The notes under the pieces: model-generated | Seen by the model: only the letters and a program-made list of their open reading frames with translations | Told to the model about the DNA's origin: nothing | The model's database searches: none | Part shown: piece after piece, positions 19,098 to 29,378 of the stretch | Numbering within the stretch: position 1 is the first letter of the stretch | How the letters are laid out: the number at the start of each line of letters is the position of its first letter | NCBI GenBank assembly: GCA_963713825.1 | Contig: CAVQNG010000003.1 | Coordinates: forward strand, 224,001-288,000 | DNA: 64,000 nucleotides | Source of the DNA: an uncultured Acidobacteriota bacterium | Lineage (GTDB): Bacteria > Acidobacteriota > Thermoanaerobaculia > Multivoradales > JAHEKO01 | Direction: 5' to 3' | Made by a program: the position numbers and the translations under genes

Positions 19098-21554
19098 TTA
19101 TTCTGCCTGCAGGGCACTCGCCGGATCGACTCGCGAAGCACGCCAGGCCGGCAACGAGCAGGTCACCAGTGCCACCATCGCGAAGGAAAGAGTCACGGCA
19201 ATCAGGGTCGACGGGTCGGCTGCCTCGACTTCGAACAGGAGTCGCTGAATGAGTCTTGAAACCCAATAGGATCCGACGAGTCCGAAGATCAGACCCGTGG
19301 CGACCAGAACCATCGCTCGGGAGAGGACGAACCTCACGACCTGGCGGGCGCTGGCACCGAGGGCCATCCTCACCCCGATCTCCTGGTGGCGATCATTCAC
19401 GAAATAGCTGAGCACCCCATACAGCCCCACCAGGGCGAGCAATAGAGCGATGGCTGAGAAGACCCCGAGGGAGAGCGTCACGATCCTCGAATCGGCGATA
19501 GCATCATCGATGATCGACTCCATCGAAGCGGGCTCAGCCAGAGGGAATATTGTGGTCCTTGCGAGCCAAGATCTCACGGATTGGGCCGATCGATTCTGTG
19601 GGCGGCCCAGCGGTGCGCACTGCGAGCTTCATTCTCTCCATCGGCAGCTGCGGATACGAAGCGTACATGGAATGCCTGGGGCTGCTCCGTACAGAATTCA
19701 GACGAGCGTCGGCCGCAACGCCGATGACGCGAAGTGTGATCGGCCGGCCGGCATCCACGACGACCTCTTGTCCAATCGGATCTTGGTCAGAAAACAGCGC
19801 CCGACTCAGAGAGTCACTGAGGATCATCACCGGCTCGCTTCGCGGACCATCGCTGGCGGTGATATCTCTACCAGCCAGGAGCGGAATCTCCATGGTTGCG
19901 AAGTAGCCGGGCAACATGAGGCGGAAGTCGGCCGAAATCCTGTTGTCACGCGATTCAGGCGGTTGACCGACCGGGTGGATGTAGGTGTCGCCTGCGCTAT
20001 CGCGAATCGGCAGGCGGTTGACCAGGCCGACACCCTCCACACCGGGCAGGGCTTGCACCTCCTCGGCCAGCGAGGTGAAGAAAGCGATCCTCTGTGCTGG
20101 CTCGGGATAGTCCTCCTCGGGAAGCTCCACCTCCGCAGTCAGGAGGTTGGTGGCCTCGAAGCCGAGGTCGACCTCCATCTGATTTGCCAGGCTACGCATC
20201 AGGAGTCCCGCGCCGATCAGCAGCACGACCGATGCGGCAACCTGTAGGACCACGATTGCATTGCGCAAATGAGTTGTTCTGCGATCCGAGGTCGTCCGTC
20301 GACCGCCTGCACTCAGGTGCTCTGAAAGCTCGATGGCAGAGGCGCGAAGGGCTGGGATCACTGCGAAGATGATGCCGGTGACGACAGAGACTGCAAGAGT
20401 GAAAACGAGGACCGGCGTATCGATCGGTGGTCGGTCGATTCCCAGTCTTCCCATGGGAAGAAGCCGGGTCAGAAGACCCTGAAACAGATGCGCCAGACCG
20501 AGCCCCACGATCCCCGCCCCGAGCGCCATCATCATGCTCTCGGTCAGGAGCAGGCGAACCAGACGCCAGCGAGAGGCCCCCATGGCCGAGCGAACCGCAA
20601 TCTCCGAGGTACGACTCTGTCCCCTCGCCAGAAGCAGGCTGGAGGCATTGCCGCATGCCAACAGCAACACCAGAGCCGCGGCTGCCATGAGCATCAACAG
20701 GCTCCGGCGAACGTTCTCCACTAGAGCTTCGTGAAGTCCGGTCAGAAGCAACGCCTTGTTCTCATTGGTTTCCGGATACAGTTCTTCGAGTCGCTCCGAG
20801 ATACCGTCCATCTCGGATTGGGCCTGCCGCAAGTTGACATCAGGCTTCAGCCGCCCAACGACGACGAAATTGTGAAATCGCCGAGCGTTGGCAGCTGGGC
20901 CGTCACGATAGGTGAGACGCCAGATGTCGGACTCCCGCAAGAAGTGAAACCCTGCCGGCAGGACTCCGACGACGGTATGAGGGCCACCAAGACTCAAGGA
21001 AAGGGTGCTTCCGATCGCCTCCGGAGAGCTACCGAACCGGCTCTGCCAGTACGAGTGACTGATGAGGAGTACGGAATCATTTCCGGCCACCGCTTCTTCC
21101 TCGGTGAACAACCGACCTGCGACCGGATCGACCCCGAGAGTCTGAAGGAGGTCCCAGGTCACGAGGGTGCCTGTTGCCCGCTCCGGCTCGGACTCTCCCA
21201 GAATGGTGATCGGAATCGTGAAGTTGGACAGCGCTGCCAGCGACTCGAACGACTTGCTCTGTTCTCGATAGTCGTAGTAGTCGTACCCTGAAACCTGTGG
21301 AATCAGGCCATCGCCGTCAGTGCCTCTGCCGAGGACCAAACGGTCTGGCGCCTCGTAACGGAGCTTGCTCAGGAGCACGGCATCGATGGTGCTGTACATG
21401 GCGGTTGTCGCACCGATCCCGATAGCCAGGGTCAGCACCACGATCAAGGTGAAGCCGGGGCGCCGGACGAGGTTGCGCAGGCCGAACCGAATGTCGGCAC
21501 CAGATCTGTGAAGATGCCAGAGCGCGATGGGTGTCGAGGCTGATTGGTGCTCAT
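19098..21554 (-). CDS. ADOP-type duplicated MacB/FtsX ABC permease (frameshifts near 21500 and 19540)
   Basis: DIRFGLRNLVRRPGFT..TLAIGIGA, LLLACGNASSLL..EIAVRSAMGA, EIGVRMALGA and PAWRASRVDP. Confidence 0.88.
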
Positions 21555-21788
21555 GTCGAGGCCCTCTTGTGCCGAATGGAATCAGGGATGAGCTGCCATC
21601 GATATGGCATTGAGAGCAAGATGCAGGCCAAGAGGCTGGATGCCCTGAACGCAAGGATCTCCTGGATATGGCGGCCAGGGAACGTCCCAACTCCGAACAC
21701 GGCCCGAGCGCTTCCGAACAGCCAGTCGAAGCAGCGCATAGAATCGACCAGCACTCGGTGGAAGGCCAGTGAGTGACGGGAAGACCCG

Positions 21789-23099
21789 ATGACCGAGAAG
21801 AAACCCACGACTTCGTCCCTCGGACGTATCGTCAAGATCGGCAGCCTCATGGGGCGGGTCGGCACCTCCGTAGCGACTGAGCGAGCTATCGACTTCGCCT
21901 TCTCGGGGCCCACCAAGCAGCTGCGCCGGACCGAGAATCTGGTCAAGAACGCGGCACGCATCGTCGAGACCCTGGGAGAGATGAAGGGCGCCGCCATGAA
22001 GGTGGGTCAGATGCTCAGTCTGCACGAGTCCATGCTGCCCCCCGAGGTGGCCGAGGTCCTGTCCCTCCTGCAGCAGAAGGCCCCCAGCGTGCCCTCCGAG
22101 GTCATGCGCTATGAGGTCGAAGGCGCGCTGAAGGCGCCGATCGGAGAGCTCTTCGCCGACTTCGATGAAGAGGCCTACGCCTCGGCTTCCATCGGGCAGG
22201 TTCATCGAGCCACGTTGAAGGATGGTCGCCCGGCGGCCGTCAAGATCCAGTACCCGGCCATCGACCGGATCGTCACCGCCGATCTCAAGAACCTGAAGCG
22301 ACTCTTCCAGTCGCTGTTCAGCATGTTCTTCAAGGCCAACTTCGAGCCGCTCTGGGTCGAGGTCCGGGATCGCCTGCTGGAAGAGCTCGACTACGAGCAC
22401 GAAGCCGAGAACATGCGGCAGATGGCGGGACTCTACGCCGAGGTACCAGAGATCGTGATCCCGCAGGTCATCGAGGAGCTGAGCACCAAGAACGTGCTGA
22501 CGATGGAGTTCGTCGGAGGCATCAAACCGCGCGAGGCGATCTCTGACCGTTATCCCCAGGAGCTCAAGAACGAGTGGGGCCGAGTGCTCTTCGAGTTCCA
22601 GGTGCGGGGGCTGTTCCATGACCGCCTCCTGCACGCCGATCCGAATCTGGCCAACTTCGCCTTCCTCGACGACGGCAGGGTCGTGGTCTACGACTTCGGC
22701 TGCATGAAGCGGATTTCCGAAAAGATCGCCACAGGCTACACCGCTCTCGTTCGTGCTGTTCTCGATGACCAAAGAGAGGACATACCCGACCTGCTCTTGG
22801 AGCTGGGTGTCTTCCAGACCGGACCGGTAGCCATCGGCCAAGACATCATCGACCCCTACTTCGATCTGCTCCTGGAGATGGTGCGGGAGGATCCACCCTA
22901 CGTCTTCGGTGAGGACGAGCGATTCTACGAGAAGATCATGGAGCTCGGCGCCGCGAACTGGACGCAGTCGATGGATGCCCACTTCCCCGAAGACATCATC
23001 TTCATCGACCGGTCCTTCGCCGGTCACTTCGGCAACCTCACGACGCTGCGGGCGCAGGGCCCGTGGCGCGAGATCGCGGACAAGTACACGCGTGACTGA
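21789..23099 (+). CDS. ABC1/AarF/UbiB-family atypical protein kinase
   Basis: KGAAMKVGQ, ASASIGQVHRA, AVKIQYP, EELDY, HADPNLANF and YDFG. Confidence 0.92.
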   Translation: MTEKKPTTSSLGRIVKIGSLMGRVGTSVATERAIDFAFSGPTKQLRRTENLVKNAARIVETLGEMKGAAMKVGQMLSLHESMLPPEVAEVLSLLQQKAPSVPSEVMRYEVEGALKAPIGELFADFDEEAYASASIGQVHRATLKDGRPAAVKIQYPAIDRIVTADLKNLKRLFQSLFSMFFKANFEPLWVEVRDRLLEELDYEHEAENMRQMAGLYAEVPEIVIPQVIEELSTKNVLTMEFVGGIKPREAISDRYPQELKNEWGRVLFEFQVRGLFHDRLLHADPNLANFAFLDDGRVVVYDFGCMKRISEKIATGYTALVRAVLDDQREDIPDLLLELGVFQTGPVAIGQDIIDPYFDLLLEMVREDPPYVFGEDERFYEKIMELGAANWTQSMDAHFPEDIIFIDRSFAGHFGNLTTLRAQGPWREIADKYTRD

Positions 23100-23137
23100 C
23101 TTCGACCGCTCAGCTCGACACGGAGAAGACTGCCTCG

Positions 23138-24154
23138 ATGACTGCCTCGGCCCCTGACCCTGCTCCACGACCCAGCCTCTCGGTCGTGTTGCCCACGATC
23201 GACAACTATCAGCGAATCGAGAAGACCCTCGAGCACTATCGGGGCCAGACAGCTGGCGCCGAAATCGAAGTCTTGATCGTCGCCTCCTCCAAGGAGGTCC
23301 TGCAGCTCGACCCGGTTGTCGCCGAGGGGTTCTTCGACTTGAGGGTGATCGAGGTCGGAGAGATCCACTCCCTCTCCGCGGCGAAGGCCCTCGCCGTCGC
23401 TCAAGCCAAGGCCGACTGGGTGGTCTTCGGTGAGGATCACTCCTGGCCGGAGCCAACATGGGCGGAGGCGCTCATCGCGGCCCACGGCGAAGGCTATGTA
23501 CTGGTTGGCCCCATCATCAAGAACGCCAACCCGGGCTCGATTCTCAGTTGGACGAACTACCTGGCCTGCTTCAGTCGCTGGAGCCATTCAGGAATGGCCG
23601 GCCAGGTGCCACAAACACCCTGGCACAACACCTCCTATCGTCGAGCGGACCTCATGGAGAGACAGGACAACTTGCGGCGTCTCCTCGCGGTAGAGGGCAT
23701 TCTGCAGGACGAGTTGCGGGAGAAGGGACACCGGGCGTACCTGCTCCCCGATGTCTCCACGAACCACATCAATATCTCCCGCTTGTCGTCCTGGATCCTG
23801 CAAGCGTTCTGGGGAGGCAAGCTCTACGGAGGCTCGAGGGTCGAGGGCGAAGAGTGGGGCTTCCTGCGCCGCTTGGTCTACGTCTGCGGCGCGCCTCTCA
23901 TTCCCATCGTCCGGTTGAAGCGCCTTCTGCCTGAAATCCGGCCGTTGACTCAGCAGAACTCGCTGATGCCCAAGATCCTGCCGGCCCTGGTGCTCAACCT
24001 CCTTATTCATGCTCTGGGCGAAGTCACCGGCTATGTCCTGGGCAAGGGCGATGCCGAGAATCAGTACCTCGAGTTCGAGGCCCGTCGGTTCGAGGCGATC
24101 TCGGAGAAGGACCGCAAAGAATTGGGCGTTCAGGTGCCGCAGTCTGTTCAGTGA
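23138..24154 (+). CDS. Glycosyltransferase family 2 (GT-A)
   Basis: SVVLPT, EVLIV and VVFGEDH (DxD-like) motifs; C-terminal hydrophobic helices. Confidence 0.75.
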   Translation: MTASAPDPAPRPSLSVVLPTIDNYQRIEKTLEHYRGQTAGAEIEVLIVASSKEVLQLDPVVAEGFFDLRVIEVGEIHSLSAAKALAVAQAKADWVVFGEDHSWPEPTWAEALIAAHGEGYVLVGPIIKNANPGSILSWTNYLACFSRWSHSGMAGQVPQTPWHNTSYRRADLMERQDNLRRLLAVEGILQDELREKGHRAYLLPDVSTNHINISRLSSWILQAFWGGKLYGGSRVEGEEWGFLRRLVYVCGAPLIPIVRLKRLLPEIRPLTQQNSLMPKILPALVLNLLIHALGEVTGYVLGKGDAENQYLEFEARRFEAISEKDRKELGVQVPQSVQ

Positions 24155-24191
24155 CTTGGTGAACCTTGGTGAGCATTCTCCGTAGTACGCA

Positions 24192-26690
24192 ATGACGGGC
24201 TGGAGGGGTATGTCTCAGCTTTCGCACGACCTGCGCGCATCTATTCGTAGCATCCGCCGTCGGCCGATCATTCCGATCGTGGCGGTGACCATTCTGGCGC
24301 TCGGCCTGGCGGCCTGCATCGCTGTCTATACCTACATCAACGGATTCCACCAGTCCTTCCCGGGCGCCGAGGCCCGGGGCCTCGTGCGGGTCTTCGAGGT
24401 CGAGCCCGAAGAGCCTTACGAGGACATCGCGTACCTGGACTTCTTGGACTACGCAGAAGCCAACGACTCGTCCTCCGAGGGTGCGTTCGAAGGGCTTGCC
24501 GCCGCGCAGGCCTACTATGCGGCCAGCGTTCGTCACGCTACCGAAACAGGCGTGGCCTTCCTCGAAGCGGTCTCGGGCGATTACTTTCGCGTGCTGGAGA
24601 TCGAGATGGGGATCGGTCGTGGTCTAGCAGCTAATGACGATCGCCCGGGAGCCGATCCGGTCGCAGTCCTGTCTCACAGCTGGTGGCAGCGCAGCTTCGG
24701 CGGTGAGGCTTCGGTTCTCGGCAGTACCCTCTATCTCAATAACCGGCCGTTCACTGTTGTCGGCGTTGCGGCGCCGAGCTTCCTGGGATCGACCTCAGAC
24801 ACTCGACCCGACGTTTGGATTCCGATCGAGCCGTTCCAAGACCGCTATACCTCCTGGGCCGCCCTGGCTGAAGACCGCAACATACCCCTCATTCGCGTCT
24901 TCGGTCGCCTACGGAACGGTGTCCGAAGGGACACAGCACTCGACCAGCTGTCCCTCATCGCCACGGGGCTCGAGGAGGCCTACCCGAGACCGAATTCGCC
25001 ACGACGACTGAGCCTGGGCAAGGCCACCTGGATCGACCCCCGCGATCGGGTCGCCGAGCAACCGACTCTGCGGCTCATGATGGTGGCGGCCGGGGTACTG
25101 CTGCTGCTCACCTACGCCAACGTGGCGAACCTGCTCCTGTCGGTGGCCTTGCGGAAGCAACAGGAGCTGGCGATGCGGGCCGCCCTCGGAGCCTCGAGAG
25201 CAAGGCTCCTGCGACAGGTGCTTACCGAAAGCGTTCTTCTGTCGACCATTGCGGGGGTGATCGCCCTGCTGCTGACTGGCCCGCTGACTACTCGCCTCGG
25301 GTCCTACTTCGCCCGACCCAGCGTCTGGGGAGCTAATGTGTCGCGGGAGGTCTCTGTCGATTGGCGCGTCATCCTCTTCGCGCTCGTCATTTCCGTCATT
25401 ACCGGGATCGTGGCGGGACTGTTGCCGGCACTTCGCGCCTCCGGGCGAAACCTGATGCCCACGCTGCAGACCGACTCGGTTATGTCTGGAGGCGGACACC
25501 ATCGGCTCTGGGGTATACGGCTCCCCGGCCTGCACGATCTGCTGGTCGCGTCCCAGGTCGCTCTCTCCGTCGTCCTCCTGGTGGTCGCGGGCCTGGTGGT
25601 GCGGACTCTCTCCAACGTCAGCAGCTTGGATCCGGGCTTTTCCTACGAGAGTCTCGTGGGCACTCACATCTCGACGAGCAGCACGCAGTTGGAGCCTGAA
25701 GGACGGGAGCAGTTCTTCGACGAACTGCGGGAGCGCCTCGCCGAGGAGCCCTGGGTCGACGCTGTTACCCTCTCAGACAACGCCCCCCTTTCCGGACAGC
25801 GCTCAGCCGAGATGCGGGTGGAGGGTCAGGAGGATCCCGTCTCCATCCTTCAGTCGAAGGTCGTGCCGGGATTCTTCGAGACCCTCGAGATCGACCTGGT
25901 CAGCGGACGGAGCTTTCTCGACACCGACGATGCCGAGGCCCCCGACGTGGCCGTGATCAACGAAGAGCTGGCGCAGCGCTTCTTTGCCGACAGGGAGGCG
26001 GTCGGCGGGCGACTCTGGGAACCCGCAATGGACGAGGAGCCCGAACGCGAGTACGAGATCGTCGGTGTCGTACGCAACGCCAAGCCCGAGGACTTCCTCG
26101 CCGATGCCCCGGCGGTGGTCTACTTTCCCTACGCCCAGCAACGCTACCCGACAGGCAGCGCGCTTCTCGTCTCCACGAGGATGGACCCAGCGCAATCGCT
26201 ACCGCTCCTCCACCGGTGGCTGCGTGACTTCGAACCCTATCTCGCCATCGTCAACGTCCTGCCCTACACCGAGGTCGTGAGGGGCTTCCTCTACACCCAG
26301 CGGATGAATGCCGAGATGTTCTCCGCCCTGGCATTTCTCGGGCTGGCCCTGGCGGCGATCGGCATCTTCAGTGTGGTCAGCCTAGCGGTGAGTCGACGGA
26401 CACGGGAGATCGGCGTCCGCATGGCCCTCGGAGCCAAGCGCTCCGACGTTGGCCGACTCATCCTCCGCCGTGCCCTGACACCGGTGATCTTCGGGCTGGT
26501 CGTCGGCTTGGTCGTCTCGCTCGGAGTCACGCGCCTGCTCCAGGGACTTCTCTTCGGAGTCGAGCCCACGGACCCCCTGAGCCTCGCTGCCGGTGCCTTC
26601 TTTCTGGTCGCCGCCGCGACGCTGGCCGCCTACCTCCCGGCCCACCGAGCCGCCAGGGTCGACCCGGTCGCCGCTCTGCGCACTGAGTAG
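24192..26690 (+). CDS. ADOP-type duplicated MacB/FtsX ABC permease
   Basis: ANVANLLL..ELAMRAALGASR, RRTREIGVRMALGA and PAHRAARVDPVAALRTE. Confidence 0.92.
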   Translation: MTGWRGMSQLSHDLRASIRSIRRRPIIPIVAVTILALGLAACIAVYTYINGFHQSFPGAEARGLVRVFEVEPEEPYEDIAYLDFLDYAEANDSSSEGAFEGLAAAQAYYAASVRHATETGVAFLEAVSGDYFRVLEIEMGIGRGLAANDDRPGADPVAVLSHSWWQRSFGGEASVLGSTLYLNNRPFTVVGVAAPSFLGSTSDTRPDVWIPIEPFQDRYTSWAALAEDRNIPLIRVFGRLRNGVRRDTALDQLSLIATGLEEAYPRPNSPRRLSLGKATWIDPRDRVAEQPTLRLMMVAAGVLLLLTYANVANLLLSVALRKQQELAMRAALGASRARLLRQVLTESVLLSTIAGVIALLLTGPLTTRLGSYFARPSVWGANVSREVSVDWRVILFALVISVITGIVAGLLPALRASGRNLMPTLQTDSVMSGGGHHRLWGIRLPGLHDLLVASQVALSVVLLVVAGLVVRTLSNVSSLDPGFSYESLVGTHISTSSTQLEPEGREQFFDELRERLAEEPWVDAVTLSDNAPLSGQRSAEMRVEGQEDPVSILQSKVVPGFFETLEIDLVSGRSFLDTDDAEAPDVAVINEELAQRFFADREAVGGRLWEPAMDEEPEREYEIVGVVRNAKPEDFLADAPAVVYFPYAQQRYPTGSALLVSTRMDPAQSLPLLHRWLRDFEPYLAIVNVLPYTEVVRGFLYTQRMNAEMFSALAFLGLALAAIGIFSVVSLAVSRRTREIGVRMALGAKRSDVGRLILRRALTPVIFGLVVGLVVSLGVTRLLQGLLFGVEPTDPLSLAAGAFFLVAAATLAAYLPAHRAARVDPVAALRTE

Positions 26691-26732
26691 CGGTACCACC
26701 GCGCTTGAGAGCACCCCAGTCGAGGCGGGAGC

Positions 26733-28118
26733 TCAAACGGTGCAGGCCGACCGGATCGCCTTGAACTTGCCGGAAGGTTCGAGGGGGATGTCGTCGACCC
26801 GCTCGATGGTGAGGGAGACTTCGTCCCCGGTCCCAAGCACCGCACGCAGGGTGCGGTCCAGGTAGCGCTCTGTCTCGGCCCACTCGACATCCCTGCGGCT
26901 GACAACCCGCAGAACGAACTCCTGCATCGCCAACTGCTCCAATTGCAGGAGAAGCAGCCCGGGGGCATCGTAGAGCTGCGACAGAATCACCGATTCATGC
27001 GCCAGCTCACCTCCCGGTCGCAGGATCAGATCTTCGGACCTCCCGTCCAGAGTCTCGATCGTCGGCAGGGTTCGACCACAAGGGCAGGGCTCCGTCGCCA
27101 GGGTCACCCGGTCGCCCAGTTGGTAGTTCAGCAGCACGGTCGCGTGATTGGTCAGGTTCGAGATCACCAGATTCCCAGAAACACCTGGCACTACGTCCCG
27201 GCCATCACTGTCCACGACTCTCACCGCCACCTGGTCGAGGCTGATATGGAACCCCTTGCCTTCCTCGCACTGAAACGCGATGTTCAGCGCCTCGCAGGCC
27301 TGAAAGGCAGAGAGGACCGTGATCCCGTAGCGCTCTTCGAGGAGACGCTTCTCGGGTGGTGGCAGCGTGTCTCCCCCATACTGGACGACCTTGGGCGGGA
27401 ACACTTCGAGGTTGTTCTCTGACGCGAACCGAAATACCGCCCCGATGTAGGCCCCGAAACCAATGATGACCTCGGGCCTGAAATCGTTGATCACCTCGAT
27501 GTTCTTCGCGAAGGAATCGGCCGGCGAGATGGACTCCCGATTCAAGTCGAACCTCTGAGGAGTCCAGGCCCGATCTCGGTAGAAATCGCGGATCACCGGG
27601 AAGGTGCCACCCTCCCGCGCCACGGCGAGCTCCCGATAGCTGCCTGTCTTGCCGAGCACTCGGGCAATGACCTGCCGCTTCCGCAGCCCCGCCGCCCTCG
27701 CCTGAAAGAGGGCTGCCGAGTCGAAGAAGATCCGCTTGAACTGCCCGGTGGTGCCGGTCGTGCTCAGCTCCAGGGTGTCGTCTTCCGAGTACTTGCTGGA
27801 CAGGAATCCGTGAGGATCACTCGCAAGATCCTGGCCCGTTATGACAGGCAGCCTCGACAGGTCGTCCGCCGTCTGAAAATCACCTGGCACCAGGCTCAGA
27901 TCGTCGAAGAGACGGCGATAGAAAGGGACTGTCCGGTAGGCGTGCTCGACCATTCCCCGGAACCGCCGATCGCGCATCGCGAGGATCTGGTCTAGCGGCA
28001 GATACGGCAGCTTCGCCTCTCGCCGTGCGTGCCAGAGCGTGTAGGTGTTCCAGTAGAGCTTGGAGATCAGTGCCTGCGGCCCCCCGATGGCACTCGTGAC
28101 TGGTTGGCTCGACACCAC
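26733..28118 (-). CDS. Phenylacetate-CoA ligase-like (PaaK/CapK-type) adenylate-forming enzyme
   Basis: HAYRTVPFY, STTGTTG P-loop, LNYQLGD, CPCGRTLP..GRSED and SGKFK. Confidence 0.85.
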   Translation of the reverse strand: MVSSQPVTSAIGGPQALISKLYWNTYTLWHARREAKLPYLPLDQILAMRDRRFRGMVEHAYRTVPFYRRLFDDLSLVPGDFQTADDLSRLPVITGQDLASDPHGFLSSKYSEDDTLELSTTGTTGQFKRIFFDSAALFQARAAGLRKRQVIARVLGKTGSYRELAVAREGGTFPVIRDFYRDRAWTPQRFDLNRESISPADSFAKNIEVINDFRPEVIIGFGAYIGAVFRFASENNLEVFPPKVVQYGGDTLPPPEKRLLEERYGITVLSAFQACEALNIAFQCEEGKGFHISLDQVAVRVVDSDGRDVVPGVSGNLVISNLTNHATVLLNYQLGDRVTLATEPCPCGRTLPTIETLDGRSEDLILRPGGELAHESVILSQLYDAPGLLLLQLEQLAMQEFVLRVVSRRDVEWAETERYLDRTLRAVLGTGDEVSLTIERVDDIPLEPSGKFKAIRSACTV

Positions 28119-28189
28119 GAGGCCTCCTGACTGGGTTTCGAGCCCGTATTGTATTGGAGCCCTCGATCCAACAGAGGTCGCCGTTCGGT

Positions 28190-28978
28190 ATGCTAGCCGC
28201 GATCGAGACGACCGCCATGGATCTGAGACGTTGGAAGGGAGTGCGTTTCGTCAGTCGGGCTCCCACCCGAAGCGGCGAACCTATCCGCCTTCGCGTGGCC
28301 CGGATGACGGTTCCCCACGTCCTCTGGTGGCACTCGCACGTCCAACCCATCATCGATCGGGACCCGGGGCGGACGGATCGGGACTGGAACTGGTTGCTCT
28401 ACGTGCCGTTCGCCACCCTGGCTGGCGGTGTCATGGCGCGTCAACCGGCTGGTTACACTGTCGGGATCTGCGCCGAAGAGGCAGGTCACTTCATCCCCTG
28501 TGCCCTGGTGAAGATCCTGGGGCGATACCCGGCCCTGAACGCACCGAGAAAGAAGAGCGCCTTCGTCTGGTTCATGTCCACAGCACCCGACGAGGCTTTG
28601 CTGACGATCGAAGGCCACCCCTTGTCCGCGGGCCGACTTCCCAAGCGCCTGGGTAGCATCGCACTCGATACGGCGGTTACCCACTCGTTCAACAAGAGAC
28701 ACCTGGGGCGAACGGCTCTCTATGCCGACGAGGATGGAGGTGACGTGCTGCTGGAGTGGTATGAGAGCCGTGGCATGACGGCCTTGCCCGCCGACCAGAG
28801 GCTGCCTCGCAGCCCGAGGCGACTGATCAAGCCGAGCGACGGGCGCTACTGCTACTACACGGTCGACACAGCCCTCGAGGCCAGCCGGAGTCTCGATCCT
28901 CTTCGGTTGAGGGAGGTAAATGCATGCCGACGCCTACTGGAGCCTTTGTGGATGTGGCCGCCCGCTATGGGGAGGTAG
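28190..28978 (+). CDS. Divergent GNAT-fold N-acetyltransferase (toxin-like clade); true stop may be near 28910
   Basis: DWNW, FVWFMSTAP, LGSIALDTAV..S..GRTALYA and LLEWYESRGM resemble GNAT motifs A/B; start uncertain (28154/28190/28217). Confidence 0.55.
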   Translation: MLAAIETTAMDLRRWKGVRFVSRAPTRSGEPIRLRVARMTVPHVLWWHSHVQPIIDRDPGRTDRDWNWLLYVPFATLAGGVMARQPAGYTVGICAEEAGHFIPCALVKILGRYPALNAPRKKSAFVWFMSTAPDEALLTIEGHPLSAGRLPKRLGSIALDTAVTHSFNKRHLGRTALYADEDGGDVLLEWYESRGMTALPADQRLPRSPRRLIKPSDGRYCYYTVDTALEASRSLDPLRLREVNACRRLLEPLWMWPPAMGR

Positions 28979-29235
28979 ACCCCGCCGACATCGAAGCGGT
29001 CCAGCACTGGTTCAACGAGGTACTGCCGACCCTGCCACCCGAAACCATCGAGGCGATCCTGGAAGAGCTGCTGCAGCACGATGGATCGAGCGACGTCCCT
29101 GCACCTGCGCGCGTCTATCCCAAGGGCGCACCGCTGCCCTCCCTCTCCTCGAGCCCACCAGCCCCCTTCCCTTGGCCCGCTTCCAGCTGGAGAGAGATGC
29201 TGATCCGCCTCACAAGGCGAAACAGGGACTCCTGA
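28924..29235 (+). CDS. Small acidic hypothetical protein, partner of the upstream GNAT
   Basis: Strong RBS GGAGGT; acidic helical N-half and Pro-rich tail. Confidence 0.6.
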   Translation: MPTPTGAFVDVAARYGEVDPADIEAVQHWFNEVLPTLPPETIEAILEELLQHDGSSDVPAPARVYPKGAPLPSLSSSPPAPFPWPASSWREMLIRLTRRNRDS

Positions 29236-29378
29236 GAATCGCCCGTCAGGCCTCCCTGTCCGGGGGGGGCGCTTGCTCTACGAAAGTGTTCTCGCTCGCT
29301 GGGAAGGTAGGCGACCAGGGGCTCGGAGGCCCCTGATCGCCGGCACGCCTCTAGAGCGTCCTTGCTAATCGAGTTCGA

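Noticed and set aside
21582-23459. 625-aa minus-strand ORF
   Set aside because: Antisense shadow of the ABC1 kinase and GT2 genes in GC-rich DNA; no motifs.
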